Source: Myxococcota bacterium
GTDB lineage: Bacteria > Myxococcota_A > UBA796 > CAJQPC01
DNA length: 64,000 nucleotides
Assembly: GCA_036229005.1 (NCBI GenBank)
Contig: JAZAMN010000011.1
Span: 128,001 to 192,000, forward strand
Direction: 5' to 3'
In this document: positions 46,976 through 57,809 of the stretch, in pieces
Position numbering within the stretch: the stretch's first letter is position 1
Layout of the letters: each line of letters starts with the position of its first letter
The notes under the pieces: model-generated
The model's database searches: none
Told to the model about the DNA's origin: nothing
Seen by the model: only the letters and a program-made list of their open reading frames with translations
Translations under genes and position numbers: made by a program

Positions 46976-47407
46976 TCAGTCGGTGATGGTGATTCCCATG
47001 GACCTGGCAGTTCCCTCGATCGTCCGCATGGCCGCAGCGACGTTCGTGGTGTTCAGGTCCGGGAGCTTCTTGGTAGCGATTTCCTCAACCTGGGCGCGGG
47101 TCAGCGTGCCGACCTTCTTCTTGTTGGGCTCGCCAGAGCCCTTGCCCAGCCCCGCAGCCTTCAGGAGCAGACCCGCGGCAGGCGGGGTCTTGCAGACGAA
47201 GGTGAAGCTGCGGTCGGAGTAGACGGTGATCTCAACAGGAATGAACAGCCCGTCGCCGGCCTGAGCCTGCGTACGCGCGTTGAACTCCTTGCAGAACATG
47301 GGGATGTTCACGCCGGCCTGGCCAAGGGCAGGGCCGACAGGGGGGGAAGGGTTTGCCTTGCCCGCCATGATCTGCAGCTTGATCTGGTTGACGACCTTCT
47401 TGGCCAT
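46976..47407 (-). CDS. rplK: 50S ribosomal protein L11
   Basis: [23 protein letters not shown]. Confidence 0.98.
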   Translation of the reverse strand: MAKKVVNQIKLQIMAGKANPSPPVGPALGQAGVNIPMFCKEFNARTQAQAGDGLFIPVEITVYSDRSFTFVCKTPPAAGLLLKAAGLGKGSGEPNKKKVGTLTRAQVEEIATKKLPDLNTTNVAAAMRTIEGTARSMGITITD

Positions 47408-47477
47408 TTTCACGCTCCTCGGTGAGTTGCCCGGGGGCTCTCACTGGGCTGTTCCGTTGAAGTGTTGGGTTGAGCGC

Positions 47478-48023
47478 TCAGGAGAGCTTCTCAACCTGAG
47501 TGAAGTCCAGCTCAACGCTGGTGGGTCGACCAAACAGGTTCACCATCACACGCAGCTTTCCACGCGCCTGGTTCACCTCTTCGACGATGCCGTTCATGGT
47601 GGCGAAGGCGCCCTCCATGATCCGGACCTCTTCGTTGCGGTCGAAGTTGAGCTTGGGCTTGGGACGGGGCTCCCCGCCTTCGTCCAACCCCATACGCCGG
47701 ATGATGCGTTGCACCTCGGCCTCGGGGACGGGAGGCGGCCGACGGTTGTTCCCGCCGACGAAGCCAGTAATCTTGGGGGTGTTGCGGACGACATGCCAGG
47801 TCTGGTTGTCCAGTTCCATCTGCACGAGCATGTAGCCGGGGAAGAACTTGCGGGCGACGCTCCGCTTCTGCCCACCCTTGACCTCGACAACGTCTTCCTT
47901 GGGGACGAGGATGTCTCCAAAGCGATCTTCAAGCCCGGCCTGAGCGATGCGCTCTTCCAGGGCCCGCTTGGCCTTTCCTTCGTAGCCCGAGAAGGCGTTT
48001 ACAACGTACCAGGCCATCGCCAT
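47478..48023 (-). CDS. nusG: Transcription termination/antitermination factor NusG
   Basis: WYVVNAFSGYE, FFPGY, TGFVGG, FGRPTSVELDF. Confidence 0.97.
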   Translation of the reverse strand: MAMAWYVVNAFSGYEGKAKRALEERIAQAGLEDRFGDILVPKEDVVEVKGGQKRSVARKFFPGYMLVQMELDNQTWHVVRNTPKITGFVGGNNRRPPPVPEAEVQRIIRRMGLDEGGEPRPKPKLNFDRNEEVRIMEGAFATMNGIVEEVNQARGKLRVMVNLFGRPTSVELDFTQVEKLS

Positions 48024-48071
48024 GGTGAGGTCCTCCAACGACGCCCTGCAGCGCCGAAGTGGGTGGGAAGT

Positions 48072-48461
48072 TCAGCTCAAGCCGAACAGGAATCTCTCCG
48101 TGACCTGGGCCCAGACCCAGTCATAGATCGCGAGAGACCCGGAGAAGATGACAGTGACCACAATGACAACGATCGAGTTGTTGGTCGTCTCCTCGCGGGT
48201 CGGCCAAGTGACCTTGACCAGCTCGCCGATGACCTCGTTCGTGTAGGTCACAGCCCGCACATTCTTGAGGAGCGCGAACATGGAGACGATTGCGCCCACG
48301 CCACCGATGATGGTGGAGAGAGGCAGGAGCCCCGCGACCGCGAAGTCTTCCACGCCGTCCATGTTGAGCAACACGGCTTCAGCAGCGGAGGCGAGCGCCC
48401 AGCCCATGAGGGCGGCGGTGACCAGGAAGACCACGTAGATGTAGCGGGTGTGCGTTGTCAC
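48072..48461 (-). CDS. secE: Preprotein translocase subunit SecE (3-TM type)
   Basis: ELVKVTWPTREET motif; upstream of nusG. Confidence 0.9.
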   Translation of the reverse strand: MTTHTRYIYVVFLVTAALMGWALASAAEAVLLNMDGVEDFAVAGLLPLSTIIGGVGAIVSMFALLKNVRAVTYTNEVIGELVKVTWPTREETTNNSIVVIVVTVIFSGSLAIYDWVWAQVTERFLFGLS

Positions 48462-48548
48462 TTGAAGTCCGGTGCAGCCAAGGCTGCTGTCTTCGGTTCA
48501 GCCGGGCCCCGATACCATGGGGATCGCCGGATGACAAGCCGTAGACAC

Positions 48549-48578
48549 GAAATCCCCGGGCACAAGGCCCGGGGATTC
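48549..48578 (-). terminator. Hairpin downstream of tuf
   Basis: AATCCCCGGGC-loop-GCCCGGGGATT. Confidence 0.6.
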
Positions 48579-48611
48579 GAATTTTGGTCTCTCAGAAGAG
48601 AAGACCTGAGA

Positions 48612-49802
<1,191 letters not shown>

Positions 49803-49872
49803 AATGGCACCTCCGAGAAAAAAGGGCGGCCCTGTAAATGGCTCGCCGGGTCGATCACGTTCTAGAAAAAAA

Positions 49873-49947
49873 TGGAGCCGACGATGGGATTTGAACCCAT
49901 GACCTCCTCCTTACCAAGGAGGTGCTCTGCCCCTGAGCTACGTCGGC
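49873..49947 (-). tRNA. tRNA-Thr (GGT)
   Basis: CCTCC-TTGGTAA-GGAGG anticodon arm; CCA. Confidence 0.95.
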
Positions 49948-49957
49948 AAAAGTGACA

Positions 49958-50033
49958 TGGAGCGGGAAACGGGGTTCGAACCCGCGACCCTCAGCTTGGA
50001 AGGCTGATGCTCTACCAACTGAGCTATTCCCGC
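49958..50033 (-). tRNA. tRNA-Gly (TCC)
   Basis: TCAGC-CTTCCAA-GCTGA; CCA. Confidence 0.96.
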
Positions 50034-50080
50034 GTCATGTCAGGTTTCCTGTCAAGCAAATGAATGAAAGACAGGACATA

Positions 50081-50165
50081 TGGTGGGGAGTGGTGGATTC
50101 GAACCACCGTAGGCAGAGCCGACAGGTTTACAGCCTGTTCCCTTTAACCACTCGGGCAACTCCCC
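50081..50165 (-). tRNA. tRNA-Tyr (GTA)
   Basis: ACAGG-CTGTAAA-CCTGT; long variable arm; CCA. Confidence 0.96.
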
Positions 50166-50209
50166 ATATGTGAACAAAGAACAACCTGCCAAGAGCAGGG
50201 TAACCACGC

Positions 50210-50285
50210 TGGTGCTGACGGTGGGAATCGAACCCGCAACCTGCGGTTTACAAGACCGCTGCTCTTCCAGTTGAGCTACGCCAGC
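50210..50285 (-). tRNA. tRNA-Thr (TGT)
   Basis: GCGGT-CTTGTAA-ACCGC; CCA; Thr-Tyr-Gly-Thr-tuf arrangement. Confidence 0.96.
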
Positions 50286-50333
50286 GTGGCTGCCCTTCAC
50301 CCTTCCGGTCTCCCGGGGGGCAAGGTGGCCCGC

Positions 50334-50362
50334 TATTTAGTCCTCCCCCGGAAGCCTGTCAA
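50334..50362 (-). promoter_or_regulatory. Putative promoter of tRNA-tuf operon
   Basis: Minus strand TTGACA-17nt-TAAATA. Confidence 0.6.
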
Positions 50363-51483
50363 GGAGACTCCGGATCATCCTTCAGAAATGGATCGTCTTC
50401 GCCGTCCAGAGGTCCCCAGATCTGCTCCGGGAGCGCATCGAGAAGGCTCAACTCGATCAAACGAATGTGCTCGATCTCCGTGCCATCTCGGCTCAGGATG
50501 ACCTCGAAGGGCACCACAAGACCGGTGTCGAGTTCCCGCCAGTCAGAAAAGTTGTAGCGCACATCTCCTGCGTCACTTCGGAAGCTCACCTGCGTGATGG
50601 TCCAGCGTTCCGCATCGATCAGGAGCTGAAAACTCTCCCCCGTGGCCTCCCGGATGGTCTCCAGGCGGTAGACCTGACGGCCTTCGTGCTCTTCCAAGCC
50701 CTCCACCCGGAGCGCGTCGAAGGCGGGATCGTCTGCGACGCGCTGCGCGAAGCCCAGGGGCCAGAAGAGCACCGCATCCGGCCCAAAGTCCGCGAGGACC
50801 TCTCGGGTCTTCTCCGGATCGCGCTCCAGGACACCGGACTCCTCGGTGTAGACCCAGGCCTCCTCGCCGCGGACGAGCATGGTGGCGTCCACTCCAGGGC
50901 CGTCGATGTGCTGGATCCGCAGGCGCTGATCCCCAGCTTCCCAGGCCAGGTCGTGCCTCGCTTGCACCCGGCCTGCAGGGGTGTCCAAGGACCGCTCGTA
51001 TCGGAAGGTGAGGGCTTCTGCGTCGGCGAGCCGGGCCTCCCCTCCCCCTTCTCCTCCCAGGGCCCTGACAGCGTGGGCGAGGATCTCCTGGGTCGTAGGG
51101 AGGGGCTCCTGGGGCGTCTCAACGGCGACCGCACCGGGGTCCAGCGAACTGCCGGTCCACCCCTGTGCGCGGGCGTTCAGGCGTCGACCGCCCGTCTCAT
51201 CCCCCTCATAGACGGTAATGCCCTGGCCACTGTCCTGGGCAAGCTGGGCGGCGGCTTGCTGGGCCGCGTCGAGCTCGGTGAAGCCCTCGGCGACCACCAG
51301 GTATTCCCAGCCGGAGCCATGCTCGTAGCGTCGGACCACGCGGGCGTTGATGCCCGACTCCTGGGCGAGCTGCTGGATCTCAAGGGCCTCCGCGCGTGTC
51401 GGGAGCGGAGGCGACTCCAGGTAGTAGCCTTCATCCGCCAGGGCCACGGACGCCATCAACGCCAAGGCAAGCAGGGTCACCAT
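50359..51483 (-). CDS. Secreted protein: N-terminal SPOR-like domain plus LolA-like beta domain
   Basis: Signal peptide MVTLLALALMASVALA; EYLVVAEGFTELDAAQQAAAQL (SPOR-like); VYRLE..LLIDAE..FSDWRE..GLVVPF. Confidence 0.55.
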   Translation of the reverse strand: MVTLLALALMASVALADEGYYLESPPLPTRAEALEIQQLAQESGINARVVRRYEHGSGWEYLVVAEGFTELDAAQQAAAQLAQDSGQGITVYEGDETGGRRLNARAQGWTGSSLDPGAVAVETPQEPLPTTQEILAHAVRALGGEGGGEARLADAEALTFRYERSLDTPAGRVQARHDLAWEAGDQRLRIQHIDGPGVDATMLVRGEEAWVYTEESGVLERDPEKTREVLADFGPDAVLFWPLGFAQRVADDPAFDALRVEGLEEHEGRQVYRLETIREATGESFQLLIDAERWTITQVSFRSDAGDVRYNFSDWRELDTGLVVPFEVILSRDGTEIEHIRLIELSLLDALPEQIWGPLDGEDDPFLKDDPESP

Positions 51484-52217
51484 TCCGCCACGACCTCCTG
51501 AGCGAGGGCCCGGAGACCTGGATCGGGCTCCTGAGCCGCCCAGGCACGCAGGCGCTGGGCATCCGATGGGATAGCCCGAGCGTCGATCGCCATCCACGCG
51601 GCCCTCCGGACACTGGTGTCCTCGTCTTGGGCGAGATCGGCCAGCGCAGCGTCGACCAGGTCCCCCTCCATGTCCGAGAGGTGGGCACAGAGCCAGCGGC
51701 GGACCTCAGCCTCTGGGGCCCCCGAGAGCATGAGCAAGTTGGCGTGGTCCCGAGCGAGCAGGGCCAGGCGGGTATCGACCTCTGCGCGACACTCCTGAGA
51801 GAGGGGCTGCTCTCGCGCCAAGACCAATACGCGCGCGGCGTTCTCGAAGCGCTGCATGCGGAGGATCTCCAGCGCCGCCAGGCAGTGTTGGGTCCCCTCC
51901 CCGGCTGGTCGGTTGGACTGAGCGAAGAGGATCGGAGCCCCCCGGAGATCCCCGCTCACCACCAGCGCCCGCATGGCCGAACGTCGCCCTTCGGGGTTGT
52001 CGGGCTCGGCGAGGACACCCTCAAGGAAACGCAGATCCGCTTCGCTGAGGTGCTCGAGGTCCATGACCCGACCGGTGTCTTCCTGGGGAGCAGGCGCGGG
52101 CTCGGTGGGCTTGTCCGGTAGCGACTCGGGGGCCGCAAACCAGAAGACCAGTGCCATGACGAGCACGAGGCCGCCAGAGAGGACCGCGGTCCCGATCCAG
52201 GCCCGCTCGGTGCTCAC
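51477..52217 (-). CDS. Membrane-anchored HEAT-repeat-like protein
   Basis: GTG overlapping upstream TGA; N-terminal TM; LAQDEDTSVRRAAW, EPDPGLRALA. Confidence 0.6.
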   Translation of the reverse strand: MSTERAWIGTAVLSGGLVLVMALVFWFAAPESLPDKPTEPAPAPQEDTGRVMDLEHLSEADLRFLEGVLAEPDNPEGRRSAMRALVVSGDLRGAPILFAQSNRPAGEGTQHCLAALEILRMQRFENAARVLVLAREQPLSQECRAEVDTRLALLARDHANLLMLSGAPEAEVRRWLCAHLSDMEGDLVDAALADLAQDEDTSVRRAAWMAIDARAIPSDAQRLRAWAAQEPDPGLRALAQEVVAEW

Positions 52218-53131
52218 TGGGGGACCCCGAGCATGGTGTCCATCTCGATCGGGACGGGCATGAAGCTCAGGATGAAGGCGATCCCCACCAGCGCGGCGAC
52301 CCACCTGGCGCGAGGGGTCAGCGGGGGCTCGGCGGGCACCTCGAGGTTCTTGTAGCCCCGGAAGAAGAAGAGCAGGAGGCCCCATACGGCCCAAGGGGTC
52401 CAGAGGACACCGGCGGCGATGGCGACGCCGAGCAGCAGCTTTGAGACCTTGGGCGCCGCCTTGGGCCAGAGACCCGAAAGGATGTGTCCGCCGTCCAGTT
52501 GGCCGATCGGCAAGAGGTTCATCGCGGTCAACAGGCACCCTACCCAGCCGGCCAGGGCCATCGGGGTGAGCTGATCGAAGCGACCAGGGGCCGCGCCGAG
52601 GATCAGCTTGCCGAGGAGATCCATGAGCAGAGGGTTCGCGAAGATGAGGACCTCGACGTGGCCGTCGGGGACGGTGGGGAAGAGGTGCTCCCAGAGGGGG
52701 GCCAGGAAGCTGAGGGTCTCCGGAAGGAGCACGGGCTCGGGAGGGATGGGCGGGAGCGGAGGTGGCTGAGCCTCTTGGGTGCCAGGCAATCCAACGGCCA
52801 TTGCGAGGGCTGCGACGACGAAGCCCGCCAACGGACCCGCGGCGCCCATCTCCAGGAGGGCCGTTCGACTCTTGGGGAGTGACCGGAGGCGAATGACCGC
52901 CCCGAAGGTCCCGAAGGCCGCCGGGAAGGGGATGAAGTACGGCAATGACAGCGCGAAGCCGTGGCGACGGGCGACGACCCAGTGGCCCATCTCGTGCGCG
53001 AGCAGGATCGACATGAGGGTCACGGCGAACGCAGCGGCGTCCTTGGCAGCGCCGGCGTCACGCAGCGGGTTGCCCCCGGTCCAGAGGAAGCCGTAGACCA
53101 GATAGACCGAGAGCAGCGTCGCCAGGAACAA
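52214..53131 (-). CDS. Site-2 protease, family M50 (start may be as far up as 53200)
   Basis: HEMGH, FGTFGAVI, AGPLAG, NLLPIGQLDGGH. Confidence 0.92.
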   Translation of the reverse strand: MFLATLLSVYLVYGFLWTGGNPLRDAGAAKDAAAFAVTLMSILLAHEMGHWVVARRHGFALSLPYFIPFPAAFGTFGAVIRLRSLPKSRTALLEMGAAGPLAGFVVAALAMAVGLPGTQEAQPPPLPPIPPEPVLLPETLSFLAPLWEHLFPTVPDGHVEVLIFANPLLMDLLGKLILGAAPGRFDQLTPMALAGWVGCLLTAMNLLPIGQLDGGHILSGLWPKAAPKVSKLLLGVAIAAGVLWTPWAVWGLLLFFFRGYKNLEVPAEPPLTPRARWVAALVGIAFILSFMPVPIEMDTMLGVPQ

Positions 53132-53196
53132 CCCGACGCTGGTTCGGGTCTCCCGACGCTGCTGCTCAGCGCTCTCAGTGAGTTGGACCGCCCCGC

Positions 53197-55938
53197 TCAG
53201 TCGTTCTCCAGCGCGTCGAGGGCGGCCTGCTCGACCTGCTGTACCTGCAGCTCGTAGGAGCCCTGGTCTCCACCGCCCGAGACGATGATCACGTACTGCT
53301 CGCCGCCGACGAGGCTGGCCGTGAGGGTGGCCTCCTCCCCGCTCGCTCCGCTGCGGCCACCGAGGTTGTAGCGCGGGGAGTAGGTGAAGTCGTCGTTGTC
53401 GTCCCGCTCGTCGAGATCGAAGATGCTGGTGTCCACGCTGGCCTCACCGCCCGATTTGCAGGCGACGGTCCACAATTGGTCCAGGAAGCTGGCCGGCTCC
53501 AGCTCGTCCTCGTTCGCGACCCCATCCAGCTCGTAGTCGTCTCCACAGCCAAGCTCGGCGGTGGTTTCGGCGCAGAAGTCCTCCGCCATCTCCTCCTCGG
53601 TGAAGGCGACCGAAGAGGTGAAGAGCTGGTAGTACTGGTAGCTCAGGACGGTGTTGGGGAAGGCCCAGCTCTCGCTGCTCTCGGCGCAGGTTCCGGAGTT
53701 CCAGTCGGCGGGGAGGACGCCGGAGAGCGCCTCGGCCGGGAGGATGGCCAGCCAGGGGTCGTAGGGGGCCTCGTCACCCGAGCTGTTCTCGAAGCGCCGG
53801 TCCAGTTGGACGACAACGGGGACCACCTGGCCAGTGGGCCGCGCGCTCAGGTCGAGGAGCCAACGGTCGGTGTCCTCGACATCCTTGCCCACGGTGTCGT
53901 CGTCTTCGATCACGCGGGTGGAGAAGCTCTCGCTGATCTCACCCATTCCGTAGACGGGGCTGCCATCCTGGGGGAGCTCAGGGATGGGGACGAGGTTGGA
54001 CTGGTCCAGCGCGGAGAAGACGCGCTCGATCTCGATGTCCTCGCCGCTGCCTGGCCAGCGGACGACGGCGCCGGAGAGGGTGCCCTCGGTGTCGATCTCG
54101 AGGGCAGCCCGCTCGAGGTTGAGCCGGGAGAGGCGGACGACGTGGACGCCGTAGGACCCCGCCGTGTAGCCGTGGAAGTCGAAGTCGGGCACGAAGGTGT
54201 GGAAGTCCGGGCCGGCGGTGCGCACGCCCTTGCTGTCGGCCTCGGTCGGGCTCGCCGTGGTGCCGGCGGTGAAGAACTGGTTCAGCCCCCGGACGTTGAA
54301 CCCGGTCTGGTAGCCGTTGGCTCCGTAGTACACGCCAGGGGTGGGCGTGGAGGGCGCGACATCGGGCGCCGAGAGCTGCGCGGAGGCGGCGTAGGGGGTC
54401 CAGACGGCGGAGTCGACGAGCTCACTGCCGTCTTCGGCCTCGACGCCAGTGGTCAGCAGGGCGATCTGCCAAGCCAGGACCAGATCGCCGAAGGTCCACT
54501 CTTCGCCAGAGACCGTGCTCACGGCCGTTGCGACGTTCTCCTCGGAGCTCTCCCCCAGGGAGCCCGCGTCCAGTTGGACGATCTCCGAGAGCACGCCCAC
54601 GCCGAAGGCATCGACCAGCCAGCGGCCGAAGAGGTACTGGGCGCCGCGGGGGTCGGTCGCGATGATGCCGTCGTCCTCGTAGGAGGAGAGGCTGTAGAGG
54701 TAGGGGGCGTCCAGGTACTTCCAGGCGTCGTCGTAGTAGACGGCGCCGAAGCCCACCGAGTCCGCGGCGGCGGTGCCCAGGGTCTCGATGAGCCAGGTGT
54801 CCTCCATGGAGGATTCGGCCTCGAGCACCCGGTAGTTGTAGAGGGCGAGGTTGGTGTAGGAGCGCGCGATCTCAGCAGCGAGGGTCATCTCCGTGTAGGA
54901 CTCGACCGTGGCGGTGTAGTAGCTGTTGAAGAAGCCATAGGGGTCGGGCGCGAAGACGAAGATCACCTCCTGCTCGTTGGAGCCGGGGTTGGCGGTGGCG
55001 TCGTAGTCGGCGAGGTCGACCTCGGGGTTGGCGTAGCTGGGCACGACCTGGGTGAAGTCGTCTTCGTCCGAGGACCCTAGCGGCAGCTTGTTCAGCCAGG
55101 GGCTGATGACGACCGAGACGAGGCCATCACCGTTGAGATCGCTGGGCTCCCCCATCGTCGCGTTGATGTTGGCGAAGATGTTGGTGTCCACGATGTTCGC
55201 GACGTCCTGCAGGTCGCAGTTGTCCAGGCCATAGGAGCCGCGGGGGTCTACCTCGTCCAGGGTGCCGTCACAGCCCTGATCCCAGTCGATGGCGACGTCG
55301 TCGTCCACCCAGATGGCGACCGAGTCACCCAAGCCCCAGAGGGTCGCGGTGATCTTGGCGTAGCTGCCGCTGTCCTCGAAGTCGTTGCGGACCCGGAAGG
55401 ACTGGCGCGAGACGCCGACCTCGTAGGCGGCTGGGGGCGCGACCGGCTCGCTGAGAGGCTGCCACCCCGCTGCGGGACGCTGGAGCTTGGCCGGGGCCTG
55501 CTGAGGACCGCTGGGGATGCGGATGCCGCCGGGGCCGCCGGTGTCACCGCCCAGTTGGCTCGCGTCGCTGTAGCGCAGCGTGTAGCCGGCATCGCCCTCG
55601 CCGTTGTTGATCACGATGAGGAAGAAGTCCTGGTCCTGGTTGGAGTCCCCGCTGGCGTCGCTCAGGTCAACGTACTCGTCCTCCGAGGTGAAGGTCACCA
55701 GGTCACCAGGCTCATCGAGCTCACCGACGGGATCGGAGTCCGCATCCGTGTCGCTGTCAGCATCCCCGTCCGCATCGGCGTCCGTGTCGCTGTCAGCGTC
55801 CGTGTCGGTGTCGCTGTCCCCTTCCGTCTCACCGTTGGTGGTGTTGAAGCGATCGTCGCGCTCCACGCACCCTGCCGCCGCGAGGGCACCAAAGACCATG
55901 GCTGGCAGGACGAGTCGGCTGAAAGGAACAAGGCGCAT
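53197..55938 (-). CDS. Large acidic lipoprotein with degenerate M30-peptidase-like domain
   Basis: LAAAGC lipobox; D-x repeat linker; GEPSDLNGDGLVSVV..P.LN, SNEQEVIFV, DTWLIE, GAQYLF.RWL. Confidence 0.7.
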   Translation of the reverse strand: MRLVPFSRLVLPAMVFGALAAAGCVERDDRFNTTNGETEGDSDTDTDADSDTDADADGDADSDTDADSDPVGELDEPGDLVTFTSEDEYVDLSDASGDSNQDQDFFLIVINNGEGDAGYTLRYSDASQLGGDTGGPGGIRIPSGPQQAPAKLQRPAAGWQPLSEPVAPPAAYEVGVSRQSFRVRNDFEDSGSYAKITATLWGLGDSVAIWVDDDVAIDWDQGCDGTLDEVDPRGSYGLDNCDLQDVANIVDTNIFANINATMGEPSDLNGDGLVSVVISPWLNKLPLGSSDEDDFTQVVPSYANPEVDLADYDATANPGSNEQEVIFVFAPDPYGFFNSYYTATVESYTEMTLAAEIARSYTNLALYNYRVLEAESSMEDTWLIETLGTAAADSVGFGAVYYDDAWKYLDAPYLYSLSSYEDDGIIATDPRGAQYLFGRWLVDAFGVGVLSEIVQLDAGSLGESSEENVATAVSTVSGEEWTFGDLVLAWQIALLTTGVEAEDGSELVDSAVWTPYAASAQLSAPDVAPSTPTPGVYYGANGYQTGFNVRGLNQFFTAGTTASPTEADSKGVRTAGPDFHTFVPDFDFHGYTAGSYGVHVVRLSRLNLERAALEIDTEGTLSGAVVRWPGSGEDIEIERVFSALDQSNLVPIPELPQDGSPVYGMGEISESFSTRVIEDDDTVGKDVEDTDRWLLDLSARPTGQVVPVVVQLDRRFENSSGDEAPYDPWLAILPAEALSGVLPADWNSGTCAESSESWAFPNTVLSYQYYQLFTSSVAFTEEEMAEDFCAETTAELGCGDDYELDGVANEDELEPASFLDQLWTVACKSGGEASVDTSIFDLDERDDNDDFTYSPRYNLGGRSGASGEEATLTASLVGGEQYVIIVSGGGDQGSYELQVQQVEQAALDALEND
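55735..55818 (-). repeat. Asp-X dipeptide repeat (DSDTDTDADSDTDADADGDADSDTDADSD) linker
   Basis: Imperfect 6-nt periodic repeats inside the CDS. Confidence 0.85.
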
Positions 55939-56129
55939 GGCGTCTCCGAACAGAGGACTGGCAGGGGCCCTCAGCCTCCAGTCTACACCTGGGTGGCGTT
56001 GGAACGCGAACCGTGGAGCCGCCGGGACCTTGACATCCACCAGTGACGCAGGCAGTTTTCGGTCTCGCAAGTGGGCCAGTTCAGCCCCAAATGCCCCACC
56101 GAGGGGCCCTCGCCACGGAGACCGGGCCC

Positions 56130-57809
56130 ATGATCGCCTCCATGTTGGTGCTGGCTGCGGCCTGCACAAAGGAAGCCCAGGACACCGCAGACCTGGCTCG
56201 ACCGGACCTGGTCTGCCCCGGCGACCAAGGGTGCAGCGACGCCGACGGTCCACTGATGGCAGGCGCATCCGCGGTGGAGATCACGCCGAGCTGCTTCGAG
56301 TCCTGGGAGGACCTGAGCGGAGACAAGCGCTGGTCGGCGACCAAGGACGCCTACTTTGACTGCGGCTGCGACCGCCTGTGCCCAGAGGACGAGGGCTACC
56401 CTGGCCCCGACGAGGGCGAGGGCGACGGCGAGTTCATCGCGATGTGGATGGGGGGCTTCTCCCAGGCCCACCCCGCACAAGGGGTACACGACCCCCTCTG
56501 GGCCCGCACCCTGGTGCTCGAGCGCGGGGAGACCCGGGTGGCGGTGGTGTCCGTGGATCTGGTGGGCTTCTTCAATGAGGACGTCGACAAGGTGCGCGCG
56601 ATGCTGGACGAGCAGGAGTTGGACATCGACTACCTTCTTGTCTCCGCCACCCACAACCACGAGGGCCCCGACACCATGGGCCTTTGGGGCAAGGCCTTCG
56701 GAAAGAGCGGCTACCAGGAGTTCTACTTGGAGCAGGTGCGCGCCGGCATCGTCAGCTCCATCCAGCAGGCGGTGCTGGAGTTGGAGGAGGTCGGAGAGAT
56801 CCGCGTGGGGAGCGTCGCGGCCGCCGACTACCACAGCGACGGAATCGCGAACGTCATCCGGGACACCCGCGATCCCGTCGTCATCCCCCAGGAGGTCGGG
56901 AGCCTCTGGCTGCAGGACCAGAGCGGCGAGACCATCGCCACCGTCGTGCACTGGGGCTGCCACCCCGAGACCCTCGCGGACGACAACCTGCTCCTCTCCT
57001 CGGACTTCGCGGACAGCCTCCGGAACACCGTCGAGCGCGGCAGCGAGTGGGACGCGTACCAGACCGAGGGGCTCGGCGGGGTCGCCATCTACCTTCAGGG
57101 GATGGTGGGCGGCATGATGACCACGCTCCGGATGGACGTGGAGACCCCCGATGGCGAGAACCTCGGGGACGCGGGCTACCCCAAGACCGAGGCCATCGGC
57201 ACGCTCCTCGGTGAGATGGCCATCGACGCCGCCCGAAACGGCGAGGTGGTCGACCTGGACAGCGCCCTGAGCGTCCGCGCCAGCGACGTGAAGATCCCCG
57301 TGGTCAATGACGCCTTCCAAGCGCTCTTCCTGATCGGCACGCTCCCCCGCGAGCTCTACGACTACGACGCGGACGAGCCCGTCACCGACGAGAACCAGCC
57401 CCGCGTGCTCACCGAGGTGAGCCTGATTCAGCTCGGTCCCCTGTCCCTGGCCACGGTGCCCGGAGAGCTGCTCCCCGAGGCGGCCCTGGGCGGCTACGAC
57501 GGCAGCCTGATCGGCTCGGAGCTCTACAGCCTGATCCAGGAGGGAAATGAGAACCCGCCTGACCTCGCTGGCGCCCCAGAGGCCCCCTACCTGATCGATG
57601 CGGTCCCCGGTTCCCAGCGGTGGATCGTCGGGCTGGGGAACGACGAGATCGGCTACATCATCCCCGCCTACAACTTCGAGCTGAACGCGGATCTGCCCTA
57701 CCTGGACGAGGCCCCCGGTCACCACTACGAGGAGACCAACTCCCTGGGCCCCGAGACGGAACCCATCCTGAACGAGGCTCTGCACGAGCTGTTGGAGTGG
57801 AGCCCCTGA
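56130..57809 (+). CDS. Neutral/alkaline ceramidase-family lipoprotein
   Basis: LAAAC lipobox; GVHDPLWAR, SATHNHEGPD, HPE, VPGEL, GLGNDEIGYI, YEE. Confidence 0.75.
   Translation: MIASMLVLAAACTKEAQDTADLARPDLVCPGDQGCSDADGPLMAGASAVEITPSCFESWEDLSGDKRWSATKDAYFDCGCDRLCPEDEGYPGPDEGEGDGEFIAMWMGGFSQAHPAQGVHDPLWARTLVLERGETRVAVVSVDLVGFFNEDVDKVRAMLDEQELDIDYLLVSATHNHEGPDTMGLWGKAFGKSGYQEFYLEQVRAGIVSSIQQAVLELEEVGEIRVGSVAAADYHSDGIANVIRDTRDPVVIPQEVGSLWLQDQSGETIATVVHWGCHPETLADDNLLLSSDFADSLRNTVERGSEWDAYQTEGLGGVAIYLQGMVGGMMTTLRMDVETPDGENLGDAGYPKTEAIGTLLGEMAIDAARNGEVVDLDSALSVRASDVKIPVVNDAFQALFLIGTLPRELYDYDADEPVTDENQPRVLTEVSLIQLGPLSLATVPGELLPEAALGGYDGSLIGSELYSLIQEGNENPPDLAGAPEAPYLIDAVPGSQRWIVGLGNDEIGYIIPAYNFELNADLPYLDEAPGHHYEETNSLGPETEPILNEALHELLEWSP

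Noticed and set aside
55735..55818. Short direct repeats as a CRISPR array or VNTR
   Set aside because: They encode an in-frame Asp-X linker; no spacers or cas genes.
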